64,000 nt of DNA, from assembly GCA_945877315.1 (NCBI GenBank), contig CAMCRP010000006.1, positions 2,617 to 66,616 on the forward strand. The letters are read 5' to 3'. Below the pieces are notes generated by a model, which did not search any database, was not told the DNA's origin, and saw only the letters and a program-made list of their open reading frames with translations. Origin of the DNA: an uncultured Ruminococcus sp. Lineage in GTDB: Bacteria > Bacillota > Clostridia > Oscillospirales > Ruminococcaceae. Made by a program: the position numbers and the translations under genes. Positions 56,266 to 64,000 of this stretch are shown piece after piece. Positions within the stretch are counted from its first letter, which is position 1. Every line of letters begins with the position of its first letter.

Positions 56266-59200
56266 ATGAGTTTAAAAGCTGTATTTGCTGCTATGTCAAT
56301 TAAAATAAAGGTGTTGATAGCCTGCGCTGCCGTCATTGTCGTAGGCGGTACTGCTGCGGCTGTCGGAATTTCCATGACCAAAGAGGACACCTACCGTGTT
56401 TTAAAGGTATTTGAAATGTCGGGTGAAGCTACCGTTACCCGTGAAAGCTCGGGTGAGCTGGCGGCATACGTCGGAATGAACCTGGAAAGCGGCGACCGCA
56501 TAAGCGTAGGCGAGGGGAGCACTATACGCCTTTCGCTGGACGGTGATAAGTATATCCAGCTGGACGAACTGACCGTTCTGGAGCTGGAAGCCACAGGTAC
56601 CAAAACCGATAGCCGAACCCTTATCAAGCTCAAGGAAGGCACTATATTAAATGAAATAACAAAGCCCCTGTCCGAAAACTCCATGTACGAGGTCGCAACG
56701 CCAAAGGCTACAATGGCTGTCCGAGGCACAAGCTTCTCCGTTACCGTTACCAAGGACACCGAGGGCAGATATATCATCACAGAAAACACCTACCACGGCA
56801 AGGTTGAAGCTATCCTTCTGGACGAATCGGGAGCACCGACCTCTAAGACGGCAATTGTTAATGCCGACAGAAGCATTACCATCTGCACTTCTCCCAACGA
56901 TGAAACGGGCAATCCCGCAGAAATAGACGGCACCTCCGTATTCGTTATTTTCGACACCGAAACGGGTGAGATGCAGATAGTCCCCGACGGTGAGGACCCC
57001 ACTCATGACATCGACTATGACCTTATTTCCGCTGTTGTCAGGGAATATGCTCTGCGTTCCAACGATACAAATCTTATGGATCTGGACGAAAATGTTGTAA
57101 ACAAGCTGAGAGGAAACGTACAGAATACGACCTCCTCCGCAGATACGGAAGAACCCGTAACAACAACCTCCTCACAGACCGAGCCTTCGGAAACCACAGT
57201 CCCCGAACTTTCTATGAGGGAAGCTGACGATGAACCCATAAACGTCGATAACACCGACGAGATAACAACTACCGCCGCTCCCCGTGAAGAAGAACCGTCC
57301 ACCGATACCGCAGCAAGCGATACATCGGCAGACACTACAACTGTTGAGGAAACCACCTCAGCCGACACTACAACCTCCGAAGAAACCACCACAGCCGAAA
57401 CCACAACCACCGAGGCGACCACAACCACCGAGGCAACCACCACTACCGAAGCAACCACAACCACCGAGGCAACCACCACTACCGAAGCAACCACCACAAC
57501 ACCCGTAACAACAACCGAAGTCACAACAACTACCGAAGTAACCACAACACCCGTAACAACAACCAAAGTCACAACAACTCCCGAGGTCACAACCGAACCC
57601 GAAACTACCACAGAAACCGAGGTCACAACGGAGGAGCCCGAGAAAGTCCCCGAAAGCTTTGATATAACCTTCAAGTGCGACGGAGAGATAGTCAAGACCG
57701 TTTCCGCAAAGCTTGGTGACAGCCTTTATGACATAGCAGCCGCAGTTTCCGTCCCCGAAAAGGAAGGAAAAACGGGCGTTTGGAAGATAAACGGTCTGAC
57801 CTCTGTTACCTCCGATATGACAGTTTCGGAAAATATCACCCTTGAAGCCGTTTATGCTGCAAACACCTACGCCGTAACATTTGTTGCCTACGGTGCGGAC
57901 GAAGCCGCTCCCAAGCCTGTAACGGCTCTCTACGGCGACAGTCTGTATGACATTGTTTCCGCCTGCGAAGTCCCCGCTAAGAAGGGCTATAAGGGCATCT
58001 GGCTGGTGGACGGCGTACCGGTTTCCGAGCGTATGACCGTTACCAAGGACGTTACCGTTACCGCTGTTTACAGCATTGAAAAGTATACAGTCTACTTTAT
58101 GGCACCCGACGCAGACGATCAGACGACAGTCCCCGCACCCGTTGAGGTGGATTACGGCACCGAGCTTTCAAAGGTCGTTCCAGCAGCTGTCCCCGCAAAG
58201 ACAGGTCATACGGGCGTTTGGAAGGTAGACGGAAAGACCGCTGTTACCGCAGGCACAATTGTTGAAGCCGATACTAACGTGATAGCTGTTTACACACCTG
58301 TGAAATACACCGTTACCTTTACAGCCGAGGGCGCAGACAACGCAGCCGAAATTCCCGCAGCTGCCGAGTATGACTACGGAACACTTCTTTCCAAGATAGT
58401 TCCCGCAAATGTCCCCGCAAGGAAGGGTCACACAGGCGTTTGGCTCATAGACGGAACCACTGCTGTTACCGACGAAATGACCGTAACAGGCGATATTACC
58501 GTTATTGCCGTTTACACACCTATTAAGTATACCGTTTCCTTTGATGCCTCCGAGGCTGACGACGGAACAGGAATCCCCGCTCCTGCCGAGTATGACTACG
58601 GAACACTTCTTTCCGAGATAGTCCCCGAAAAGGTACCCGCAAAGGCAGGTCATACGGGAGTTTGGAAGATCGACGGAACAACCGAAATTACCGCAGAAAG
58701 CATTGTTGACGGAGATATTACTGTTAAGGCTGTTTATTCGCCTGTGAAGTATACCATCACCTTTACCGCTCCCGAGGCAGACGCTTCTTCGATCATACCC
58801 GAGCCTGTCACAGCGGAATACGGCTCTCTGCTGAAGGACGCTCTCCCCGCAAATATCCCCGCAAAGGCAGGTCACACAGGCGTTTGGAAGATAGACGGCA
58901 AGACCGATATTACCGACGAAATGACGGTTGACGGAGATATTACCCTTACCGCCGTTTACACCATCAACAAGTACACCGTGACATTTACCGCACCTCAGGC
59001 AGACGATCCGACAGATGTCCATGAACCCATTGTGGTCGAGTACGGAACACTGTTCAAGGAGATCGTTACTTTCGAAGTTCCCGTCAAGACAGGTCATACG
59101 GGCGAATGGAAGATAAAGGGCGAGTATGCTATCGACAGCACAGCTTCTGTCAGCGAGGACGTGACCGTTACCGCTGTTTACGACAAAAACAAGTATACTA

Positions 59201-61428
59201 TTACCTTCGATGCCTCCGAAGCAGACGATCCCACAACCGCTCCCGCACCCGTAACTGCGGAATATGGGGACGATCTTTACGAAATCATCAGCAGCATTGA
59301 TGTTCCCAAGAAGGCCGGAAATGACGGCGTATGGAAGATCGACGGCAGTGAGATCACTTCACCTTATCCTGTCTATGATGATATTACGGTAACTGCCGAT
59401 TATACTCCGAGGACATATGTAAACATCAATTATAGCTTCAACGGCACGACAGGCACCGTACAGGGCGATTCGGGCGAATCCTTGAAATATGACATTATCC
59501 CCGAAAAGATACAGAAGGTGGAATATCCCAATGACCTGATGAACCCATACGCATGGCTGACCTACAACAACAGCTGGTCAGCAAGCGGAAACAGTAATGC
59601 AGACAGGGTTGACAGTGGTATGACCGTTACCGACTACGTTATCAAGCAGGACGAGGTGGAGGTCTGGTCGGAAAAGAAGCATACCATCTCCTACACCGCA
59701 GGCAGCAGCACAGGTCAGTTCTATCTTTACGACGGAGAATCTATCGTTTACATTTACGACGGATTCTTAGACAGCATTCTGAACGGCTATACGGGCTTCA
59801 TTGACGCTGACGGAGCAGAGTTTACAAACGCCACTAAAGTAGATAAAGACACCACCATTACCGCCTACAAGTATAAGGTAACGCTGTCGTATATTGGCGG
59901 CACGAGCAAAGACTATTTCTTCGGAGAAGGCGAGTCCTTTAACAGCAAATACGGCGGAATGCCAACACCCGATGCACTTACCGGATATGAAGCGACTGAG
60001 TGGAAAAAGTTTGATGATACTGTTATCTCCCCAAGCGACACGATCACTTCAAGCATGACGCTTATTCCAAATCAAACTCCCAAAAGCTATTCTGTGACCT
60101 TCTCAATTTCCGACGGTACTCCCACTACTGAGAGCATAGCATTCGACGCTGCGATTTTGAATTCTGCGCCGAGTCTGGAAGATTCCGTTTACAACGCTTG
60201 GTTTGTAGGTGCAACAAAGCTTGAAAGCACGACCACCTTGTCTGACCTTGTGGACAGCAGCGTTATTACAGGCGAGGAAACGGCTATAACCGTTACGGCG
60301 GGAGGAGATACCTCTGTCAATTATACGGTGACATTTACCGCTGACGGGGCTGACGATCCTTCGACTGTCCCCGCAGCTGCCGAGCTGGCATACGGAACTA
60401 ATCTGGCAAATTATCTTGAAGGCGTTACAATGCCCAAAAAGTCGGGAAGTGACGGTGTATGGAAGATCAAGACGACCAACGGCTTAGAAGCTATATCTGC
60501 AGACTATATTGTCCACAAGGATATTACCGTTGCTGTCGTTTACACGGAAAGAACCAGCGTTAATGTAAACTACACCTTTAACGGCACAACGGGTACTGTT
60601 CAGGGCAATAAGGGCGAAAGGCTTGAGGCGGACATTATCCCGCAAATAGACGCAACCTCCTACACAAATGAGCTGATGAACCCTTACATCTGGATGACAC
60701 GCAACAGCAGCTGGACCAGCGGTGCTTCTGACAGCGATGTTCAGGTAGAAAGCGGTATGGAAGTTACAAACTACGTTCTCGATCAGGGCGATGTATCGGT
60801 TTGGACGGTAAATAAGCATACTGTTTCCTACGATGTCGGCGGCACAACAGGCACATTCTATCTCCCCGACGGCAAGTCAGTTTCGGACGATTATTCCGTT
60901 TCTAATTTCCTTTCTGGGCTTTTGGGCAGTTACGGTGCGTTTGTAGACGATGGCGGAAATGAATTTACGGAATCTACTGCCGTTACAGGCGATATTAACA
61001 TTACCGCCAAATATACCGTAAAGCTGAATTATGTCAACAGTGATGCTGTAACCTATTATTTTGATTATGGCGAGTCCTTCGGCACAATGCCGACGCCCGA
61101 TGCCGACAGCGGTAATACTGCGGTAAATTGGACAACAGGCTCGGGAATTTTCAAGGCTGACACGCCGATCACAGGTAATTTGGAATTGACACCGCTCCAA
61201 ATGTCCGGTACTGCCACTTTCTCATTTGAAATTTACGAAAGCGACGGTATAACTCTTCTGAATACCCCAGGCAACAGTACAGGGTTTGCTAGTTCACAGC
61301 TGTTGAGTTATACAAATGGCTATGGATACAGCAAATGGATGGTCAACGGCGTTGAGATCGACAGCACAACTACCGCAGCTGACGTATTTACAGGCAGCTA
61401 CACAATAAAGATAGTAGCAGTCAGCTAA
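56266..61428 (+). CDS. Giant surface protein: N-terminal signal-anchor, FecR-like domain, Thr-rich linker, >=10 InlB B-repeat (Listeria-Bacteroides repeat) units plus additional beta-rich repeats
   Basis: N-terminal TM VLIACAAVIVVGGTAAAVGISM. FecR-like segment GDRISVGEGSTIRLSLDGDKYIQL...ATPKATMAVRGTSFSV. (TTTEATT)n tract. Repeating ~75-aa units of the form Y.VTF.A.(E/G)AD.....P.P....YG..L......P.K.G(H/Y)TGVWK(I/V)DG......M.V.GDITV.AVY. Confidence 0.75.
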   Translation: MSLKAVFAAMSIKIKVLIACAAVIVVGGTAAAVGISMTKEDTYRVLKVFEMSGEATVTRESSGELAAYVGMNLESGDRISVGEGSTIRLSLDGDKYIQLDELTVLELEATGTKTDSRTLIKLKEGTILNEITKPLSENSMYEVATPKATMAVRGTSFSVTVTKDTEGRYIITENTYHGKVEAILLDESGAPTSKTAIVNADRSITICTSPNDETGNPAEIDGTSVFVIFDTETGEMQIVPDGEDPTHDIDYDLISAVVREYALRSNDTNLMDLDENVVNKLRGNVQNTTSSADTEEPVTTTSSQTEPSETTVPELSMREADDEPINVDNTDEITTTAAPREEEPSTDTAASDTSADTTTVEETTSADTTTSEETTTAETTTTEATTTTEATTTTEATTTTEATTTTEATTTTPVTTTEVTTTTEVTTTPVTTTKVTTTPEVTTEPETTTETEVTTEEPEKVPESFDITFKCDGEIVKTVSAKLGDSLYDIAAAVSVPEKEGKTGVWKINGLTSVTSDMTVSENITLEAVYAANTYAVTFVAYGADEAAPKPVTALYGDSLYDIVSACEVPAKKGYKGIWLVDGVPVSERMTVTKDVTVTAVYSIEKYTVYFMAPDADDQTTVPAPVEVDYGTELSKVVPAAVPAKTGHTGVWKVDGKTAVTAGTIVEADTNVIAVYTPVKYTVTFTAEGADNAAEIPAAAEYDYGTLLSKIVPANVPARKGHTGVWLIDGTTAVTDEMTVTGDITVIAVYTPIKYTVSFDASEADDGTGIPAPAEYDYGTLLSEIVPEKVPAKAGHTGVWKIDGTTEITAESIVDGDITVKAVYSPVKYTITFTAPEADASSIIPEPVTAEYGSLLKDALPANIPAKAGHTGVWKIDGKTDITDEMTVDGDITLTAVYTINKYTVTFTAPQADDPTDVHEPIVVEYGTLFKEIVTFEVPVKTGHTGEWKIKGEYAIDSTASVSEDVTVTAVYDKNKYTITFDASEADDPTTAPAPVTAEYGDDLYEIISSIDVPKKAGNDGVWKIDGSEITSPYPVYDDITVTADYTPRTYVNINYSFNGTTGTVQGDSGESLKYDIIPEKIQKVEYPNDLMNPYAWLTYNNSWSASGNSNADRVDSGMTVTDYVIKQDEVEVWSEKKHTISYTAGSSTGQFYLYDGESIVYIYDGFLDSILNGYTGFIDADGAEFTNATKVDKDTTITAYKYKVTLSYIGGTSKDYFFGEGESFNSKYGGMPTPDALTGYEATEWKKFDDTVISPSDTITSSMTLIPNQTPKSYSVTFSISDGTPTTESIAFDAAILNSAPSLEDSVYNAWFVGATKLESTTTLSDLVDSSVITGEETAITVTAGGDTSVNYTVTFTADGADDPSTVPAAAELAYGTNLANYLEGVTMPKKSGSDGVWKIKTTNGLEAISADYIVHKDITVAVVYTERTSVNVNYTFNGTTGTVQGNKGERLEADIIPQIDATSYTNELMNPYIWMTRNSSWTSGASDSDVQVESGMEVTNYVLDQGDVSVWTVNKHTVSYDVGGTTGTFYLPDGKSVSDDYSVSNFLSGLLGSYGAFVDDGGNEFTESTAVTGDINITAKYTVKLNYVNSDAVTYYFDYGESFGTMPTPDADSGNTAVNWTTGSGIFKADTPITGNLELTPLQMSGTATFSFEIYESDGITLLNTPGNSTGFASSQLLSYTNGYGYSKWMVNGVEIDSTTTAADVFTGSYTIKIVAVS

Positions 61429-61506
61429 ATGTCACTAATGATCAAGAAATTGTCAAGGCTCCTTTTAGGGGTCTTGGCAATTTTTTCAAAAAGGAAAGGC
61501 AGATAA

Positions 61507-62814
61507 ATGGCAAAAAAAATTCTCATTCACCTGGGCACATTTGCGGCGGCGATTGCCCTGCTTTGGGGGGCTTTGATACTCACCTCACTTATCCCCAACG
61601 AAAGTATAAAGGACAATATGCTCAAAAGTGCGGAAAGCTACATCGACCCTGACCCCTTCTCCTTTGAAAACGGCAAAAAGTACAACGCCGTTTCCGACAA
61701 TTACGCCGATGTTATCCTGCAAAATATCCTCTGGAACATCAAAAGCGACGACCCCTTCGTTTCCTCTCTGGACACGAAATACTTCGACGGCGACGAATTC
61801 GGCGTGAACTGGGGCTATTACGCCACTATCAACGGTTATCAGCCTAACACCGATTACTCCCGCTATTGGCACGGTTCGGTGGTATTTATCCGTCCGCTGA
61901 TGCTTGTTACAGATGTTAAGGGAGTGAAGCTTATAGGCTTTTCGGCGGCAGTGCTGCTTGCCCTGACTGTCTGCGGGCTGCTTTTGCGGAAAAAACAGTA
62001 TTTTGCGGCGGGGGCGTTTGCTCTGTCGCTTATATGTGTGCAGTTTTGGAATATCAGATATTCGCTGGAATATCTGCCTATGATGAATATTGCCCTCATA
62101 GCCTGCATTTGCTTTGTCTGCCTTGAAAAAAAGGGCGATAGTGCGCTGACCGTCCTTTCGGTCATATTCGGCGCAATGACGGCATTTTTCGACTTCCTCA
62201 CGGCGGAAACGCTCTCCATACTTCTCCCCCTGCTGCTTATTTTCATTATCAGGGAACAGGAAAATCGTCTTGGACAGCTTCGGGACAGTCTGCTTCTTTC
62301 CGTAAAATGCGGCGGCTGCTGGGCTGCGGCTTATGCGGGAACATTTCTGGTAAAATGGACGGCGGCGACTGCCGTTACGGGCGAAAATAAGTTTGCAGCC
62401 GCCCTGACCTCGGCGGAAAAACGCTTTATCGGGACGGCTGAGGAGCTGCCCTTTTTCAAGCAGCTGATTTTTGCACCGCTGGCAAATCTATCGACCATGT
62501 TCGGCGGTGAGGTGCGTGTTGACGGCGAAAAAATCATTGTGGGTCTGCTGCTGACCGCACTTATTTTCGGCGGGATATATTTTATCTTCCGCAGACGTCG
62601 GGTAAACAAGCCAATCACGATCATTTGCCTGATATTGGGGCTGCTGCCCTATCTTCGGTATATGGTGCTGAACAATCACTCCTATCTCCACGAATTTTTC
62701 ACTTACAGAGCACAGGCAGCGTCGGTGCTGGCGTTATGCGGGATAGTGTGGTTCAACTTGACCCTTTCCGAACAGAAAAACAAGCCGAAAAAGAAAAAAG
62801 CTAAATCAAAATAA
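61507..62814 (+). CDS. Polytopic integral membrane protein (possible glycosyltransferase-like or other envelope function)
   Basis: About 10 predicted TM helices; a Lys-rich C-terminal tail KNKPKKKKAKSK. Lies 78 bp downstream of the giant surface-protein gene. Confidence 0.5.
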   Translation: MAKKILIHLGTFAAAIALLWGALILTSLIPNESIKDNMLKSAESYIDPDPFSFENGKKYNAVSDNYADVILQNILWNIKSDDPFVSSLDTKYFDGDEFGVNWGYYATINGYQPNTDYSRYWHGSVVFIRPLMLVTDVKGVKLIGFSAAVLLALTVCGLLLRKKQYFAAGAFALSLICVQFWNIRYSLEYLPMMNIALIACICFVCLEKKGDSALTVLSVIFGAMTAFFDFLTAETLSILLPLLLIFIIREQENRLGQLRDSLLLSVKCGGCWAAAYAGTFLVKWTAATAVTGENKFAAALTSAEKRFIGTAEELPFFKQLIFAPLANLSTMFGGEVRVDGEKIIVGLLLTALIFGGIYFIFRRRRVNKPITIICLILGLLPYLRYMVLNNHSYLHEFFTYRAQAASVLALCGIVWFNLTLSEQKNKPKKKKAKSK

Positions 62815-62872
62815 AAAAGGGTGTTTCCCCCGAAATCAACGGGGGAACACCCTTTTTACATTAAATCCAACA

Positions 62873-63223
62873 CTAAAAATTCACCGCTCCCAGCTTCTCA
62901 TATGCCTTCCTGAGAATATCCTTCGGCACGGGATAGGTATCACTTACCGCAACCGCCTTATCAAGACGTACAAAGCGGAAAACCACGTAGTTTTCGTCAT
63001 GTCCGCTGTCGGAATAGAACGCCGCTTCAATGTACTCGTCCTTTAAGGCGTAATAGTTTACGGGCTTTAACTTCATCAGATATTGGGGGGACGCTGCCAT
63101 ATTTTCGCAAAGCTCCGTGAAATCCACGGCGACATAGTTTACCTTTTTGCAGGACAGGGCAGCAAGCTTTTTGTTAAGCGAATTATCGGCGGAGCTTTTC
63201 TTGAACAGGTCGAAAAATCCCAT
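62873..63223 (-). CDS. Hypothetical protein (116 aa)
   Basis: ORF 2 nt downstream of the preceding minus-strand gene. No recognised motif. Confidence 0.4.
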   Translation of the reverse strand: MGFFDLFKKSSADNSLNKKLAALSCKKVNYVAVDFTELCENMAASPQYLMKLKPVNYYALKDEYIEAAFYSDSGHDENYVVFRFVRLDKAVAVSDTYPVPKDILRKAYEKLGAVNF

Positions 63224-63225
63224 TT

Positions 63226-64000
63226 TTATCTGCCTCCCAGAATTTTGTCAAGCTGCTCCTCCAAAGCGGAAAATTCGGGCTTGAAGCTGTCCGAATCCAC
63301 ATATTCCGTCAGGGAGAAAAGCAGCTGCTTTGCGGAAATGCTTTCCGTCAGCTCGTCCAGCGGACAGGTGCAGACAAGCAGCTTTCCGTTTCCGTAGGAA
63401 AGCTCAAAAATCGTCCCTAAACGGTGATTTCTCTCGAAATTATCCACCGTCCGGACAATAGGCGTCAGCGGTATATCATCAAGTATCATGGTGCGTGAAT
63501 TTTCCGCAATATCGAACCACTGGGGCGTTGAATAGAATTCCGATTTGAACTCGGAAAGTGCGGGGTGTCCGCTGTCTATCAGATAGCCCATAGTCCCCAC
63601 AGGCACGGGCTTTTTCATACTTTCGGAAATGGAACGGAACATTGGATAGCACCAGAAATCCGTGCAGTACGCCCCTTGAACGGAGTTTTCATCGTCAAGG
63701 TTTTTCGGCAGATACAGCACGTTTTTGCCCTCGCAAAGTGCCTTTTTCGCCGCTTCGGGGGAGTGGGTGACAAGGGCGTTTTTGCTGTCGGCAGTTTTTG
63801 CTTCGGGGAATATCCAAAGCGTTCTTTCGGCGGAAATCTCTCCGTATTCAAGGCGGATAACAGCGTTTGTCATTTTCTCGGTTTTCGGAATGTCAAGGGT
63901 AAATTCCGCAAGCCTGAAAAGTCCTCTGAATGATGCTGCTTCGGCATATTTTTCGTAAATGACCGACGTTTTCCCGTTTATGGTCAGGGCGATTTTCAGC
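63226..64000 (-). CDS. Hypothetical protein, 5'-truncated by window end
   Basis: The reading frame stays open upstream of the annotated Met to the window edge. I translated 63874..64000 by hand and found no stop codons. Confidence 0.45.
   Translation of the reverse strand, partial: LKIALTINGKTSVIYEKYAEAASFRGLFRLAEFTLDIPKTEKMTNAVIRLEYGEISAERTLWIFPEAKTADSKNALVTHSPEAAKKALCEGKNVLYLPKNLDDENSVQGAYCTDFWCYPMFRSISESMKKPVPVGTMGYLIDSGHPALSEFKSEFYSTPQWFDIAENSRTMILDDIPLTPIVRTVDNFERNHRLGTIFELSYGNGKLLVCTCPLDELTESISAKQLLFSLTEYVDSDSFKPEFSALEEQLDKILGGR

Overview
This 64 kb window looks like a chromosomal segment of a Gram-positive anaerobe (Clostridia/Ruminococcaceae-like; GGAGG ribosome-binding sites, ~50% GC) with mixed housekeeping and accessory content. 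Housekeeping genes that are easy to recognise are xylA-xylB, carB (no carA in the window), metG, an addB/addA-like helicase-nuclease pair, two heterodimeric ABC exporters and a TetR/ABC-2 efflux operon. Accessory content includes four diverged paralogs of a ~430-aa ankyrin-like protein family (three in tandem at 0-4 kb, one at 17.3 kb). A ~13 kb block sits between the two groups of paralogs: MoxR-type AAA+ ATPase with a VWA partner, the AddB/AddA-like pair, a small metallophosphoesterase, a zinc-ribbon acidic miniprotein and an AAA+ ATPase. Two type II toxin-antitoxin pairs are present (Phd/YefM with VapC, and DinJ with YafQ). An SPFH, double-zinc-ribbon and TPM module resembles the B. subtilis ydjGHI operon. 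The most unusual region is a tandem run of six monocistronic genes (32.8-37.4 kb, minus strand) for small secreted proteins. Each has Thr/Pro/Glu/Ala 'PAETEA' repeat linkers and a sortase-like C-terminal sorting signal ((A/V/S)P(A/D/T)TGN, then a hydrophobic segment and a KKR tail). One of them is a 57-aa mini-ORF that is essentially only signal peptide plus sorting signal. A tandem pair of unknown-function paralogs with a small downstream partner lies at 37.8-41.5 kb. A 1720-aa FecR-domain protein with Thr-rich and InlB B-repeat domains lies at 56.3-61.4 kb. Intergenic regions are packed with several families of short repeats. These include a GTGGAAAGTGAAAAGTGG family, often as inverted pairs flanking a GGGGCARCC hairpin (MITE/REP-like), a TTGTAGGGGA...CATCCCGTCCCG family, and a ~300-bp element present as inverted copies 25 kb apart. 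No rRNA, tRNA or CRISPR array was recognised.
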